A stretch of 64,000 bases of DNA from an uncultured delta proteobacterium (GCA_963745035.1 CAVUVW010000002.1:96001-160000); one strand, 5' to 3'; shown: positions 29,306 to 43,382, numbered from the stretch's first letter. The notes: generated from the sequence alone by a model not told the origin. Program-made: numbers and translations.

Positions 29306-29869
29306 CTACACGCGATCGCGATATCCTGGCGCGGAATCCCTTTTGTCTTTGTCGGGGACGCTTTCTTCTCCGGTGGAGGAAACGTCGTGCGCGCCAGCAT
29401 GCTCAAAAATGTCCTTTGCGCGTCTAACTTCATCGCTGTTTTCCGAGTGAACGGAAATGAGAACGTTGCCCTCTTTGATTTTTCCCTCATACTGCTTGGC
29501 TTCATATTCCGGAATACCCAAACCGATCAACGCCCCCGAAAGCCCGCCAACCGCCGCGCCGAGACCAGCTCCGGCGAGCGCGGCCATGATCGGTCCCGCC
29601 GCGATAAAGGGTCCGACGCCAGGAATTGCCAATGAGCCGATGCCCACAAGCCATCCGAACACTCCGCCCATGACTCCCCCGGTACCCGCACCTGCAGCCG
29701 CGCCTTCCGGCGCTTTGGTATTCTGTTCGTGCGCAAAATCCCTCGTTCCCGATTTATCGGGGAACAGGACCGAAATATCGTTATTGGAGAAGCCGGCAGC
29801 CTTGAGGCCATCGACAATCCGTTCCGCCTGAGCTTCACTATCAACCAAACCAAAAACTGCTTTAGCCAT
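29306..29869 (-). CDS. General stress membrane protein (Gly-zipper)
   Basis: GF..NDISVL, TKAPEGA..G, IPG.GP..AAGP and GIPEYEAK.YE motifs. Confidence 0.88.
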   Translation of the reverse strand: MAKAVFGLVDSEAQAERIVDGLKAAGFSNNDISVLFPDKSGTRDFAHEQNTKAPEGAAAGAGTGGVMGGVFGWLVGIGSLAIPGVGPFIAAGPIMAALAGAGLGAAVGGLSGALIGLGIPEYEAKQYEGKIKEGNVLISVHSENSDEVRRAKDIFEHAGAHDVSSTGEESVPDKDKRDSAPGYRDRV

Positions 29870-29885
29870 AATTTTCTCCTTTACC

Positions 29886-30269
29886 TTAGCTTGCGATCTC
29901 TAATTGGTTATCGACTTTCCTTACACCTGCGATCTGTTTCGCTTTCGCTTCGATCTCAGATTTCTCCTTCTCGCTCTTCACGGGTCCCCGGAGCGTCACC
30001 GTGCCATCGTTGGTGATGATTTTGACATTCTTCCCGTTGGTAGAAAGAGCGTCGTCAGCCGTAATGGCATCTCTTATATTTTGCGTAATCGTGCGGTCGG
30101 CTTCGCTCTCCGACTGATCTCCTGCGGTCTTATTTTGATCGTCACGGTCTCGAACGTTGCGGCCGGAGTTGTCCGGCTCTACGGCGGTTTGAGAGACTTG
30201 TTTGTCCTCGGACTTTGAACAACCGGTGATGACGAACGCCGAGAACAGCAACATAATAAGAATTTTCAT
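29886..30269 (-). CDS. BON-domain (OsmY-like) lipoprotein
   Basis: Lipobox ITGC; D..IT..IR, G.VTLRGPV and VDNQL motifs; GGAGG before ATG 30269. Confidence 0.9.
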   Translation of the reverse strand: MKILIMLLFSAFVITGCSKSEDKQVSQTAVEPDNSGRNVRDRDDQNKTAGDQSESEADRTITQNIRDAITADDALSTNGKNVKIITNDGTVTLRGPVKSEKEKSEIEAKAKQIAGVRKVDNQLEIAS

Positions 30270-30752
30270 TCGACCTCCTAGGTTTATCTCAGCTAAGAGG
30301 AGCGAGGAGCATGCCAGCGTCGCGGGCGCATATTCGTGAACGATTCCAAGCCACGAAATTTGACCTCGTCCCAAAACGGAGAAGGCTTTTTGTTAACTTC
30401 CCATATGTGGGTGCGTCGTCTAGATACGTAGCCGCCCGGCAGTTAAGCGCGGCACACTTCGAATTGTGCCCGCGGCGGACGAGTAACATTGCCGCGCACC
30501 GACGAATGACGGTAAGCACGGGGTTTGTTTCGATGAGCCACGACGTGTCGTCGCCCACGGGGTAGGCGCACGAAGATTATGCGATCTGTGAAGATCATTC
30601 TGAGAGTGGAACAGTGCCGCCCAGGCCGCACGTTAGCGGGATTGCACGAGACTGACTAGGAGAAAATACTTAAACCGCGGCGACAAATCGCGCTCGATTA
30701 CGGATAGTAAACAGCCTTGGAGAGCAAGCAGGAGCGGATCCTCGGCTGACCT

Positions 30753-31049
30753 TTACTCGGATACTTCCAACTCGCCGATGTCTTTCATTGGCTTGTTGAG
30801 ATGTACGTTTACGGCGTCAAGGAAGCGCGCGCGAAAGGCAAGATTATCGAACTTCAGCCAGCTAACATACCCAAGACCGTCCATTTCTACCATCAGAAAA
30901 CATCGATTGGACTCTCGAGCATCCAAAGTAACAGCACGCAAGATTCCGAACTCCTTGAGGAGTTCCTGACTATGGTCGCGGGTTAAGTAAGAGGGCGGCC
31001 AATTTGGCACGTTGTGATATTTCATGAGCGGGTGGTCTTTTAACTTCAT
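30753..31049 (-). CDS. Hypothetical protein (HPLM...NWPP motif)
   Basis: ATG ORF of 98 aa with GAGG Shine-Dalgarno. Confidence 0.65.
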   Translation of the reverse strand: MKLKDHPLMKYHNVPNWPPSYLTRDHSQELLKEFGILRAVTLDARESNRCFLMVEMDGLGYVSWLKFDNLAFRARFLDAVNVHLNKPMKDIGELEVSE

Positions 31050-31061
31050 TCCCTCAGTACA

Positions 31062-31616
31062 TCAGTTTGCGAGGTAAAAGGGAAATCGGACTGGACCCCA
31101 CACGATGTTACATCTTTCCCGTTGAGCTCTATGCGAGCGAGAAGCGAATGGATCGCTTCGCATCAGCATCTCTCTGATCTCATCGCGATGCTTTTTCTGC
31201 TCTTGGGAAATTTGTTGCAGGAATTGAAGCACGTCGTGATGGTCGGATTCGAGGCTACGGAGCTGCTCTGCCAAATGCTCGTCGCTGCGATAATCTTCCT
31301 CCAGCGCCGTCAGCAACTGCCGCCAGCTGTTTTCGTCGGTTGGCGGAATGTCCGGCACGCCCGGCAGTTGGCCGCCGAGCGCGTGGATCTTTTGCGCAAT
31401 CCGTTCGGCGTCATTCTTGTTCTCAGCCGCGAGCTGAAGAAGTTTTTCGCGAAACTGCGGATAGCGCATCTTCTCAGCATGCTGTTCAAGCCGGTCGTAC
31501 TGCTGCATCTCCACGACGTAACGCTGGCGCAAAACGTCGACAACCCGATGAGAGTTATCCCGGGAAAGATCGAAAAAGCGGCGCCACCATTCCGACCAGT
31601 TTTGGCGAAGGTTCAT
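31062..31616 (-). CDS. Ferritin-like four-helix-bundle protein
   Basis: Helical L..RY..E, A.KM.YPQFRE.L..LA and I..LGG pattern; possible 3' frameshift. Confidence 0.7.
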   Translation of the reverse strand: MNLRQNWSEWWRRFFDLSRDNSHRVVDVLRQRYVVEMQQYDRLEQHAEKMRYPQFREKLLQLAAENKNDAERIAQKIHALGGQLPGVPDIPPTDENSWRQLLTALEEDYRSDEHLAEQLRSLESDHHDVLQFLQQISQEQKKHRDEIREMLMRSDPFASRSHRAQRERCNIVWGPVRFPFYLAN

Positions 31617-31708
31617 AAATTCTCCCCGACAAGATCATCATTGCATGCTCATAGGCATTTCTCGTACACCATTTCGAAAATTCGTTTCTTTGGGAACATT
31701 TTACCTGG

Positions 31709-34700
31709 TTAGCTTTCGGCCGCTCGACCCTTATCTCTAGCCCCAAGGATAACGCGCACATGGTGCGCGGCGCCGTCGTCAACAAGCTGAACGTGCATAC
31801 CGGCGTTCGCGAGCGCTGCGCCGTCGAGCTCAACAGAGACCACGCCCTGCGCGACCCCTTGAGGGTTCTGCACGACGATTTCATAGCGCGCCGAGTGATA
31901 GCGGAAGGTGATTTCAAAGTTCCGCCACGCCCGCGGTATGCACGGATCGAAATAGAGAACCGTGCCGCGCAACCGAAATCCCAGGATCCACTCGACCCCG
32001 GCGCGATACATCCAACCCGCCGAGCCCGTGTACCAGGTCCAGCCGCCGCGGCCGACGTGCGGCGGCTCGGAATAAATATCGGCGACGACGACGTAGGGCT
32101 CGACTTTGTACCGGGAAACGCCGGCGCGCGTATTCGCGTGATTGATCGGGTTCAAGAGCGAGAAAATCTCAAATGCCTTGTCGCCTTCGCGGAGTGCCGC
32201 GAAAGCGATAACGGACCAGATCGCCGCATGAGTATATTGGCCGCCGTTTTCACGGATGCCGGGCGGGTACCCTTTGATGTAGCCGGGGTCGGGATTGGCT
32301 TGGTCAAACGGCGGGCTGAACAGAAGCATGAGACCCTCGGCGCGGCGCAGGAGATGTTTCTCAGCGGCCGCCATGGCACGCACTCCACGGGCCCGCTCTG
32401 CGGCGCCGGAAATGATCCCCCAGGATTGGGCGATTGAATCGATGCGGCATTCGGCGTTCCCGGCGGAGCCGAGCGGCGTGCCGTCATCGAAGTAAGCGCG
32501 CCGATACCATTCGCCGTCCCAACCTTCTCGTTCCAGCGCGGCTTTTAGCGCGCTGACATGCAGTCGCCACTTCTCAGCGCGCTGGTGCTCGCCACGGGTA
32601 TCGGCCAGCCGGGCAAATTCCCAGAGTACCGTGTGAAGAAACCAAGCAAGCCAGACACTCTCGCCTTTTCCTGCGGCCCCGACCAGGTTCATCCCATCGT
32701 TCCAGTCTCCCGTGCCAATCAGCGGGAGCCCGTGGCTTCCCACCCCGAGACTGCGATCGAGCGCGCGCGCGCAGTGCTCGAACAAGGTCCCGCTTTGCGC
32801 GGACACGCGCGGCTCGAAATAAAAATCTTCCTGCCCCGCCGCGAGCGCAGGCCCGTCGAGAAAGGGAACGACCTCCTCGAGAACTCCGAAATCGGTAGTG
32901 ACTTCCAGGTATTGAATGACCACATAGGGCAACCAGAGCAGATCATCGGAGACCCGGGTGCGCACGCCGCGGCCTGATGGAGGATGCCACCAATGCTGCA
33001 CATCTCCTTCGACGAATTGACGCGCGGCGGCGCGCAGCAACTGCGCCCGCGCAACATCTCGTTGCGCAATCATCAGTGCCATGACGTCTTGAAGCTGATC
33101 GCGAAAGCCGTACGCGCCGCCCGCCTGATAAAACGCCGAGCGCGACCAGACGCGGCAAGCGAGTGTCTGATAGAGCAGCCAACGATTGAGCATGAAGTTC
33201 ATCGCCCGATCGGGGGTTTTCAGCTGCACTGTGCCGAGAACGTCATTCCAGTACTTGGTGACCGCGCGCAGGACCTCTTCAAGATCGGCGCCGCGGTAAA
33301 GCGCAACCAATGTTCGCTCTTCTTCCACGCTCGCCGCCTCCCGAGAAAAAAAACGATCTCGGCGCGATCCCCCGCACGCAGCTCGACCTTCGTTTGCAGA
33401 GCAGCGCACGGATCCAGGCCGGCGCCCACTTTACCGGACAGGCGATCTCCTCGTTCGAGACATGCCGGATGATCGGCTGTCCCGTTGCGACCGAGAAACT
33501 CGGTCCGATCGCTGGTCCACTCGGTTTGGCGCCCGCCTAAATCGGCAAACGCGACTCGGCCGGCGAACTCGCTGTTCCAAGCATTGCGCGCGAGCATCGC
33601 CCCAGTTTCCTCGTCCATCTCGGTGACAACGAAGGGAGCGGACCTACTCCGTGAAACGCCGAGAACCCAGTCGACATACGCGGTCACTGAGAGAGTTCTG
33701 GACCGACCGGAGTGATTCTTGATAGTGAGCCGAGAGATTTTAATTGGGTCCTTGAGCGGTACGAACTGGAGGAGCTCGAGGAAAACGCCGTGTGACTCGT
33801 GCTCGAAGCGACTGTACCCCTGGCCGTGTCGGGCGATATAAGGCCAAGTTTCCTCGCGGATCGGCAGCACCGTCGGGGTCCACAACTCGCCAGTGTCTTC
33901 ATCGCGCACATATATCGTCTCGCCGGGCGGGTCGGTGACCGGATCATTCGACCACGGAGTGAGCTGGTTCTCCCGGCTGTTTAACGACCAGGTGTAACCC
34001 GAGCCCGACTCGGAGACTTGAAAGCCAAAAGAAGGATTCGCGATCACGTTGATCCAGGGCGCCGGCGTCCATTGGCCCTCGCCGAGAATCGTCACGTATT
34101 CATCGCCGTCGGTGGTGAAGCCGCCCAGGCCATTGAAGAACTCGAGTTGCGGCCGCGGCGGCAAATCATCGGTTGCCTTCATTGCGGGCGAGCGCCGTGG
34201 CGCCGACAACGCGGGCTTTTGCGCTCGTTGCTGACGTTCTACTTGCTCGGCCAGAGTGCCCCGGCGGCTCAAAAGCACGGCTCGGGCCGCGCTCTGGAGC
34301 AGCGTGCGCTCCTCGGCCGAGATGAGATCTCCCCTGAGAATAAACACGCCGCCGAACGATCCCGGACCCTCGTGCTGCACACGCGATTGGCTGGCCCGCA
34401 CTTGGGCCTCCAACGCTTCCTGAAGGTTTTGCGCATAGGATGCGCCCTGTTCGTTCAAGATCACGAGATCGACCGCCAACTGCTTGATGCGCCAATATTC
34501 GTGGGCGCGGAGCAATTGCCGAACAATATTCTGGTCTTCAGTTTCATCGATGCGAACGAGCACGATTGGCAGGTCGCCGGAGATCCCGTGTCGCCAGAGT
34601 CCCGAAGGCCCCAGGTCATTACCCGTCAGCACCGCAGATGACGGCCGCAATGCCGGGTCCGAGTACAAGATCCGGCTGGCTAACTCTTGAAATAGGTAGG

Positions 34701-37700
34701 CTTCATCGACCTCGATACCGAGATGACGCAACTGCACCTGCGCTTGCGTCCAGGCGAGGGTCGCCGCCCGCTCAAAGGTTGCTGGATTATTATATTCGTC
34801 GGCCAAAGCGAGCGCCTGATCGCGCGATGATGCAATGAGCGTCGAGAACGTGACGCGCGCGGAAGCGCCCGGTCCAAGCCTTACACAACGTCTAAGGCTC
34901 ATAATCGGGTCGAGCACCGTCCCAGCGGTTTTCGAGAGCGGGTGGCCGTCGATCACCGACATCGGCGTGCGGATGCCGCGACCGCGGCCGAGAAAGCGCA
35001 CGCGGTCGGTCTCGTATTCCGTCTCACCGACGGTTTCTCCTTCGGCGACCACCACGTGCACCGCCCAAATCTGCGGCTCGCCGTGCGATCGTGGCCGGCG
35101 GGTCGCCAGCACAGCGCCGAGGTCGGCAACATACTCCGTCTGTACAAACAGATTTGAAAAAGCCGGATGGGCCGCGTCCGCCGCCGGCGTCGCCAAGACG
35201 ATCTCCGCGTACGAGGTCAGCTCAATTTCGCGCGTTCGTGCTCCGAGATTGGTGATCGACACCCGGCGCACCTCGGCATCGTGCTCGGGCGAAACCACGA
35301 TTTCTAGAGTGCTAGCGATCGCGCCATCGCGCCGCCGAATCTCCACGCGATCTTCGGAAAAAGCCACGTCATAAGCATCCGGTTCGACGCCGCTTGGCTG
35401 ATAGGCCGCCGACCAAACGCGTCCGGAAGATCTATCGCGCAGGAAAAAATACGTGCCATAGGCGTCGCGCGTGCGGTCCTCGCGCCACCGCGTAACCGCA
35501 AGGTTGCGCCAATGGCTGTATCCGGAACCCGCCGTCGTAATCATTGCCGCATAACGCCCGTTGGAGAGGATATGAACAGCGGGAGCCGGATCGTACGGCG
35601 AGTTGAATCGACGAAGCACCGGAGGAACGAGATCGCGGACGTTCGCGACGGCTCGCACTTCCTCGACCCTCGGCCGGGTTATCAAGACGTTGCGCGGTGT
35701 GCGTTCCTGCAGCAGCAACTCCGTGGCTTGCATGCGCGGCTCAGCGTGAAAACGCGCGCGCATGACGCCATCGTGGAGGACATTGGCGAGGGCGACGAGC
35801 GACATTCCCTGGTGATGCGCCATATAAGCATGCACAACCCCGACCGCTTGATTCTCGGGAAGGCGAGTGGCGGTATAATCAAGTGCCTCGTAAAAGCCAT
35901 ATCGACCCTGCGCGCCGGCGGCGGCAAGACGCGAGAAATTCTCTGCCGCCGCTTTCGGATCAATCATCGCCGCCAGCGCCGTGGCGTAAGGCGCGACGAC
36001 CACATCTTCGCTCAAGCCGCGTTTGAGACCCAATCCCGGCACGCCAAAATTCGAGTACTGGTAGGTTAGCTGCAAATCGCGGGCGTTGTAGGCCGACTCC
36101 GAGACTCCCCAGGGAACGCCCCGCTCGGCTCCATACTTCTTCTGACGGCGGACGACGAAAAGACATGTCTGGCCGAGCAGACTCTCGGACGGTGAATGCA
36201 TCACCAGCATCGGCATAAGGTACTCGAACATCGACCCGGACCAGGAAACCAGTGCAGAGCCGCGATCGACGGGCGTCAAAGCGCGGCCGAGGTGGAACCA
36301 ATGTGACGAAGGGACGTCCCCCTTGGCGATGGCGACGAAGCTTGTAAGTCGCGCCTCCGAGGCCAACAGATCGTAACAACTTGGATCGAGACTGTGGTCG
36401 GGAACGCGATAGCCGATCGAGAAGAGTTTACGGGTCGAATCGAACAGGAAGCCAAATTCCATTTCTTCGAATAGCGTTTCGGTGAGCCGCACAAGCGTCG
36501 AAAGGCGGCGCCGCAGTGCCACGCAACCGGCGGCAGACCGTGCGAGCCCCTCGATAACCATATCGATTCGACCAACGGTGCCGCTCGGTGCGGTGTTTTC
36601 CGGCGCCGAGCGTTCGCGCAACGGCGTGAGTTCGGATAGGACGTCATCGTAGCGCTCCGGCGCATCACCTAGAGTGGGTATGGAAAGCAAAGATCTCTCC
36701 ACCGTCGAAACCAAATGATGTCCGGCAATTTCGCTGCGACCTAACAAAGCACTGCCGAAGACAGCCTCAGCCCAGGGCATTGCCGTGTGAAAATCGCGCG
36801 CGTGACTCGCGATCCCCGCACGCACAGCTTCGGCCCAAGCAAGCAACTCCACATCGGCGCCGTAATCCTGCTCCGCCGTCAATGTGCGCGCGATGTCGGT
36901 CATAGTTTGAGCCCGGCTCTCGAGTTCCTCGAGGCGCTGGAGCCACTCGTCTGGAATCTTAGGAATCGGGCGGAGCACGGCGGTCAGAGCATCGATGGCT
37001 TCATCCAACTGTTTCCGAGTAACGGTTTGAGTGCGCCGGTCGTCGGCAATCTCGCGCCTGGATTGACGGAGCAACACAATGGCGTCGGCAATCCCTGAGA
37101 GCACGCGCGGGCCAAGCAGCGGTCGATCGAGGATCTCCCGGCAGGCCTGTCCAAGCGCGATAAGGTGGCCGGCGAGGTTTCCGCTATCGACCGAAGATAT
37201 ATATTTGGGATCGAGGGGGCGGAGGTCTCGCGTATCATACCAGTTGTAGAAGTGGCCTCGGAACCGCTCGAGTCCGTTCATGGTTGCGAGCGTCGCTTCC
37301 AGCCGTTCGATGGCATCCACCGTGCCGATCCACCCGAAATCATGTGCGGCGACGATGGAGAGCAGATACAGCCCGAGGTTGGTGGGCGAGGTGCGATGGG
37401 CTACGACTGGCGTCGGCTCTTCCTGAAAATTATCCGGCGGAAGCGCGTGATCTTCAGGCCCAACAAATTTCTCAAAAAATAGCCAAGTCCGGCGCGCGGT
37501 TAACCGCAGCGTACGAGCCTCGCGTTCGGAAAGGGGTTCAGCTACAGCCTCTCGCGCCGGCAGGCTGATCCAATAAGCCACTAGAGGCGACAGCACCCAG
37601 AGAAGCGTGAACGGCACCGCAACCGGCCACACCGCCGGCGCGCGCAACACAACAAAAATACCCGCGGCAGTGGCTAGAATAACCGCGGGCATCATTCGCC

Positions 37701-40557
37701 GATAGGAGTTTGTTAGGCTATGATCCGAATCGATTTTCGCTTCCGCTGCTGTCACCCACTCCAGCAGCCTACGTCGTGTCCCATAGACGCGCGCGACGGT
37801 CCGCACAATCGCATCGGCCATCAGCCGTGCTTGATCGGCGAGGAGTATAATGGTCAATACGATATGCGATAGGGCGAGAGCCAGGTCTGTGGCGACCGCC
37901 CGCGCGTAGCTGCGTTTTGAAATTCCGCGGCGGCGCGGGATTGCGCCGATCAATACGTATAGCAGCGGAGGAATAGCGATGCATCCGAGTACGAATGCGG
38001 TCCATCTCAAAGGCGAAGCGAACGGCAGAGACCAACCGGCTATTAAGGCCAAAAAAGCCGCCGGTGCGAACAGGGCGCGCCGCAGATTGTCGAGCATTTT
38101 CCACCGACCGATGAGCGGAATCGAGACGCGAACAGGAGCGCCCTTCGTGCGTCCGATGATCCACGGCAGCAATTGCCAATCACCGCGAACCCAACGGTGT
38201 TGGCGCACCCGGGCGACCTCGTAACGCGACGGAAACTCCTCGAAGAACTCGATATCCGTGACAAGCCCAGCGCGCGCAAAAATTCCTTCAAAGAGGTCAT
38301 GACTCAATAGAGCATTCTCTGGGACTCTTCCCTCGAGCGCAGCCTCGAATGCGTCGACATCGTAGATTCCTTTGCCGATGTAGGAACCTTCGCCGAAAAG
38401 ATCCTGATAAACGTCCGAAACGGCAGAGGCATATGGATCAATACCGGCCGGTCCCGAGGAAATCCGTTGGAAGAGAGAACCCTCCCGATCGGTCGGCAAT
38501 GTCGGTGTAACGCGCGGTTGAAGCAGCGCATAGCCCTCAACGACTCGGCCGACCCTAGGATCAAACCTGGGCCGATTGAGGGGATGCGCCATGGTGCCGA
38601 CCAATTTGCAGGCTGTCCCCCTGGGCATTCGCGTGTCGGCATCAAGCGTAATGACGTAGCGAATACCCGCGGGCACGGTAGGATTTTTGCCGTCGGCCGC
38701 GATGAACGTGGTATCCGTGGCTCCACGCAATAAGCGATTCAGTTCATGAAGCTTTCCACGCTTGCGTTCCCACCCGATCCAACTTTGCTCGCTCTCATTC
38801 CAGCCGCGCCGCCGATGAAAAAGAAAAAAACGCGCGTTTCCGTCCGATGCGGGTCCCTGGCGACGGTTCAATTCATCGATGCCCTTGACTGCTGCCTCCA
38901 GCAAATCGTCGTCTCTCGGCATAGTTTCGTGCGGTGCGTCGATCCAATCGGTAACCAGCGCGAAACGGAGGTTGTCATCTGGATTTGCTAGGTGATGCAC
39001 TTCCAGGCGCTCTAGCTGCTTCGCAACCTGAGTCTGGTCAATCAGCAGCGTGGGAATGGCAACCAGGGTCCGTAAATCCACGGGTAGCCCATCAAGTAAC
39101 GCAAGCCTCGGCAGCACCCGTGGTCCTAGCAGCTCCGTGACCTCTCGATTTACTAATGCGATCGCCAGATCTGAAGCCGGCACGAGAGCGAGAAGCCCGG
39201 CGAGCAACAGACCGATAACCCCAGCCTCTGCTGCACCCGAGGTAAACAAGAACAAGGCCAGAATGATGCCGCTGACGATCGCGATAGTTGCGAGGTACCG
39301 CGATGTGGCATTCGTCACATAGGCGCGGCGCAGCCACGTCTTGACCGGCATGCGAAAGCCAAGTTCTTGCTCGAAGGGAATGCGGCCGTTCCCTATAAGG
39401 TAGTATCCCGGATAGCCGCGAGGGTCCGCCGTTGAGTCGCTGGCCTTCTCGGCTTGGGCCAAAAAATATTTCGCTTTATAGACCGCACGCCGGGCGACTT
39501 CACGCTCGTCGTGTGGTGAGCAGCGCGACAGGTCTTCGACCGCACGCCGGTAACGATCGCGTGTCGCGAAGTCCGGCGCGGCAAAACCGGAATCGCCCCA
39601 GAGTATGGCGTCCACAAGACTCACGCTCTCGAAGAATTCGGCCCAATCGAAAGCGGAAATCAGGCGCATGCTCGTAATCACGTTGCGTACGGTCACGTTC
39701 AACGCTGCCTGACGCTGGTGTTCGTGCCTGACGATCTCGGTCGTGGGGCCTTCCGCCGCCAGGCGTTGCTCGAGCCACTGAAGAGCAGGCGTTATTGCAG
39801 GGTCCTGATCGCGTAGACGTTGGACGAGCTGCACGGCAAACGCAGGCGCCAGCGGGCCGCCCTCGAACTGCCGCAGGATCGTTGCCGCGGGTTCCATCGA
39901 ACGGTTGGCCAGCTCCAGCAGTCGGTCGGCAAGCGCATCAGCCTCTTGCCGTGCGGACCGGTCATGCACAACGCGCTCCGCCAAGCGGCGCAGGTTTTCC
40001 ACCAAAACAATGCGCACCGTGATCGCTACCGCCCAAAGCTCGCCGATAGTCAATGGCTGGACGCGCTGGTAAGCACGCACGAAGCGGCGCAATATTTCCG
40101 GGTCAAACCTGCTGTCGGTGTGGGCAACAAACGCCCACGCCAGACCATAGACGCGGGGAAATCCGTCGAGTGGACCGTCGGCCAACTTGGGCAGGCCTCG
40201 ATAGTAACGGGGTGGAAGGTCGTCATGAATTTCGCGCAGCTGTTCGTCGACAATGTGGTAATTGTCGACGAGCCATTCCGCCGCCGGTGTGATGGCGCGC
40301 TCCTGACGCATCGCCCGGGAAATGGCGCGATACGATTCAAGCAGCACGCGGCCATTGTCGACCACGCGCGGCAAGAGCGGACGCCCCTTGCGCGGAGTCT
40401 CCGTCACACGCTGCGCCAATGCGAGGGATTCGGCGTGCTGCTCGAGACGCTCGGCGCTGAACAGTTCGGCCCGAATGGGATCTTCGAGTCGCGGCAGGGC
40501 AATGGCTTGTGACGTTTTTTTTCGGACTCGTAGAGCCTGCGGTATTGCCGAATTCAA
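31709..40557 (-). CDS. ndvB: Cyclic beta-1,2-glucan synthase (GT84 plus GH94 phosphorylase), 1-nt deletion near 33341
   Basis: GWERKRGK, YIGKGIYD, LLSHDLFEG, RQHRWVRGDWQ, SWSGSMFEY; C-terminal GFRDQLQD, GDWNDGM and ENGGQYTH. Confidence 0.93.
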
Positions 40558-40951
40558 TCCATACCTCTACACGATCGTGTTGCAGGGCGCACAACCAAGT
40601 TAGCAAGTTCAATCAGCAGGAGAAATACGTGCGTCGCGCACGGAACAAAAAATGCCGACAAGCAAGCGTGGGCCGTAAAATGAAACAGGAAAAGCGCACT
40701 GGGACTCACCGAGCCGATAAGGCAGCCCTGGAAGAGCGTTGGCTTGGCTCGCTCGTGGCGTGAATCTTACTGATCGTTAGGGAACGTGAGGCGGATTGGT
40801 CGGGAATGGAACGTCTCAGTATCGAAGACGGTGGGATCCATCGCTGTGCGGCGACAGCGTTGCTCGGCGAGCGCATGAGCCAGCCTCGAAGCTCATCCTT
40901 GCCGCGCACCGGCTGATTGATGAGCCCGCTCGTCGATTTCACCGCATCATT

Positions 40952-41251
40952 CTAGCCGCCCAAATTTTCACGCTTGTCTTCCTGATACGTCCGCTTTTCG
41001 GCTTCCGTGTCGGCCTTGGGCGAATCCTCAGGCGGGCCGACAAAATCTTTAACCCTTTTTGCGATCTCATCGGCAGCTTCGCGCAGCTTGGCCGCCTGAT
41101 GATTCAGATAATCAAGACTTTTTCTGCTGCGCTCGCGAACCAAATCGCGCGTCTCTTTACGCGCCAGCAGCGCAGCGAACAGCGCGATGCCTGCGCCAAG
41201 GCCGATGCCGAATAGAAGGGAAGTAAATCGGTCAGATTCTCTGGTTCTCAT
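40952..41251 (-). CDS. YtxH-like protein
   Basis: N-terminal G.G.GA..A.L hydrophobic segment followed by a coiled coil. Confidence 0.7.
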   Translation of the reverse strand: MRTRESDRFTSLLFGIGLGAGIALFAALLARKETRDLVRERSRKSLDYLNHQAAKLREAADEIAKRVKDFVGPPEDSPKADTEAEKRTYQEDKRENLGG

Positions 41252-41344
41252 GGTTTCAATCTCCTTGTCATTCTTTGCTGCACGACGCTGTCTCTAGACT
41301 TATGAATGAAAACAAGCAACCGGTACCGATACAAGAGGCGCCCG

Positions 41345-43295
41345 TTATTTGCTTTGGATCGCCTGCTTGACTATGGTCAGAACTTCCTCGCCAAGATAGG
41401 GCTTTTGAAGCACGCCGGTCAGTTCCCCACTGGCGACGCGCGATTCGGCTTCGGCGGACACATAACCGCTGGCGAGGATTCCTTTCAGCTTCGGATTGAT
41501 TTTTCTCATCCGTTGAAAAGCTTCCCACCCACTCAGCTTTCCCAAGCGCGAATCAAGCACCGCTAGCGTGATCTCGTCTCGGTGCCGATCATGCACTTCC
41601 ACCGCTTCGACTCCGTTTTGCGCCGTCAAGACTTTGAATCCTTCCTTTTCCAGCAGCCGTTGCATCAAACCGGAGAGCCTGGCATCGTCCTCGGCATAGA
41701 GAATCGTCTCACGCTGCGGCGACTCGATCTTCTATTTTGTTTTGCGCCAAAGCAGGGGTTATGTCCTCTGCCGCGGCCTCGTCTCCTGGAATCGGCAGAT
41801 AAATATGAAAGGTCGAACCGCGGCCGGGTTCACTGGTTACCTCGATGAAGCCCGCATGTTCACTGACGATATCGTGAACTATTGACAGTCCGAGACCGGT
41901 CCCTTGGTCCGGCTTCTTAGTGGTAAAATAGGATTCAAAGACGCGACTCCTGACGTCTGCCTCCATGCCAACGCCGGTATCCGCGACGCTGATGTAGACA
42001 TATTGCTCTGCTCCGGCTTCGGGAAAATGCTGGCGCAGCACGGCACCTGCAATGATTCGAGTCTGCAAAACAATTTTCCCGCCGTCCGGCATCGCGTCCC
42101 GCGCGTTGATGCAGAGATTGAGGATGCTCTGATATATGAAACCGGCATCGATCATAATCATCGGCACACGCGGACCGAGATCTGCGGCGATGACAACGGC
42201 CGCCGGAAACAGCGGAGTCAATGATCGAGTCGTTCGTAGGAGCAAATCATTGATATCCGCAAGTTCGAACTTTGCCTCCGTCTTTCGCCCAGCCGTAAGC
42301 AGTTGCCGCGCCAGCGCCACGCCCTCCTCGACGGTTACCCTGATCACCTCGGCGTTCTCGACAACCCTCTGTTGCTCGCCCGGATGGCTCATGATCAGTG
42401 CCGCATAGGCCTGGATCACATTTAAGATGTTGTTGAAATCGTGCGCTATGCCGGCCGTCAGCTTACCTATCCGTGAAGTCATTTCTGAATGCGGTAGTTG
42501 CTTGTGAAAATCCTTGCCGTCTTCGATAAATCTCACGAGATCGGCGTTCGCCTTGATTAAGTCCGCGGTTTTTTCCGAGATTCGGGCCTGCAACTCTCTA
42601 TTGAGCTGCTGCAGCTGTTCTTCCACCTTCGTCCTGCTATCGATGTTACCCTTCAACGCCTCGTTGACGGCGGCTAAGTCCAGGACGTGTTGCCGTTCGT
42701 TTCTGGCTGCGGCTTCGGCGCCGACCCGTGCTTGCCATAGTTGCCATGAGGCCGACGCGAACTGACCCAATGTCTTGATGATCCGCTCATCTTCCTGATC
42801 GAATTTCCGGCGCTCGTCATGGGCGACGACCCACACCGTGCCGATCGGTTTCTGCGCTACGTGAAACGGGATGAGCAAGGCCTCGACGACGGGCGGTTCC
42901 GATTTTAGCGCCGGGAAAACGCGCTCCGCCATATACATGAGCTGAGTTGCGTTGCGATCGATCGTGGTACCGCAAGGACTTGCGTCTCTAGGCATCGTAG
43001 CGTTGAGGCGGCCGCTGAACACTCCCGCCAGCGCCTCCCAGCGGAACACCTCCGCGCCATCCTGTCGCTCCAACAGGCTGATCCCGGCCGTATCGGCACG
43101 GCAAAGTTGCAAGGCCGTTTCGGCCAGCCTTTGCAAGATCATATCGGGCGCATCAGCGAGGGTCTGCGCCAAAGCGATCAAAGCGTGATTTTCGGCTTCA
43201 TAGTCGGGCTCTCTGGAAGGCCTATTTAGAAGCTGGGAATTGATGACGACGTCTTTCAATCCCACTTCGGAAAATGGCAATGGGTTTAAATCCAT
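41345..43295 (-). CDS. GAF-HisKA-HATPase-REC hybrid histidine kinase, frameshift near 41712
   Basis: GAF domain, AGIAHDFNN and G boxes; receiver (ILYAEDD...KPY) in the next frame; GGAGG before ATG 43295. Confidence 0.88.
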
Positions 43296-43382
43296 ATGGC
43301 CCTCCGTTCGGGATTTCTCCGTGATAAACAACAGCTCTTTGTTCAAAAAACTCAATTTTACTGGTCTCCTAATTAAAAACTC

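Noticed and set aside
31683-31698. CGTTTCTTTGGGAACA as an operator upstream of the ferritin-like gene
   Set aside because: The half-sites fit but the spacer is unlike AATATT, and I found no -10 at the expected distance.
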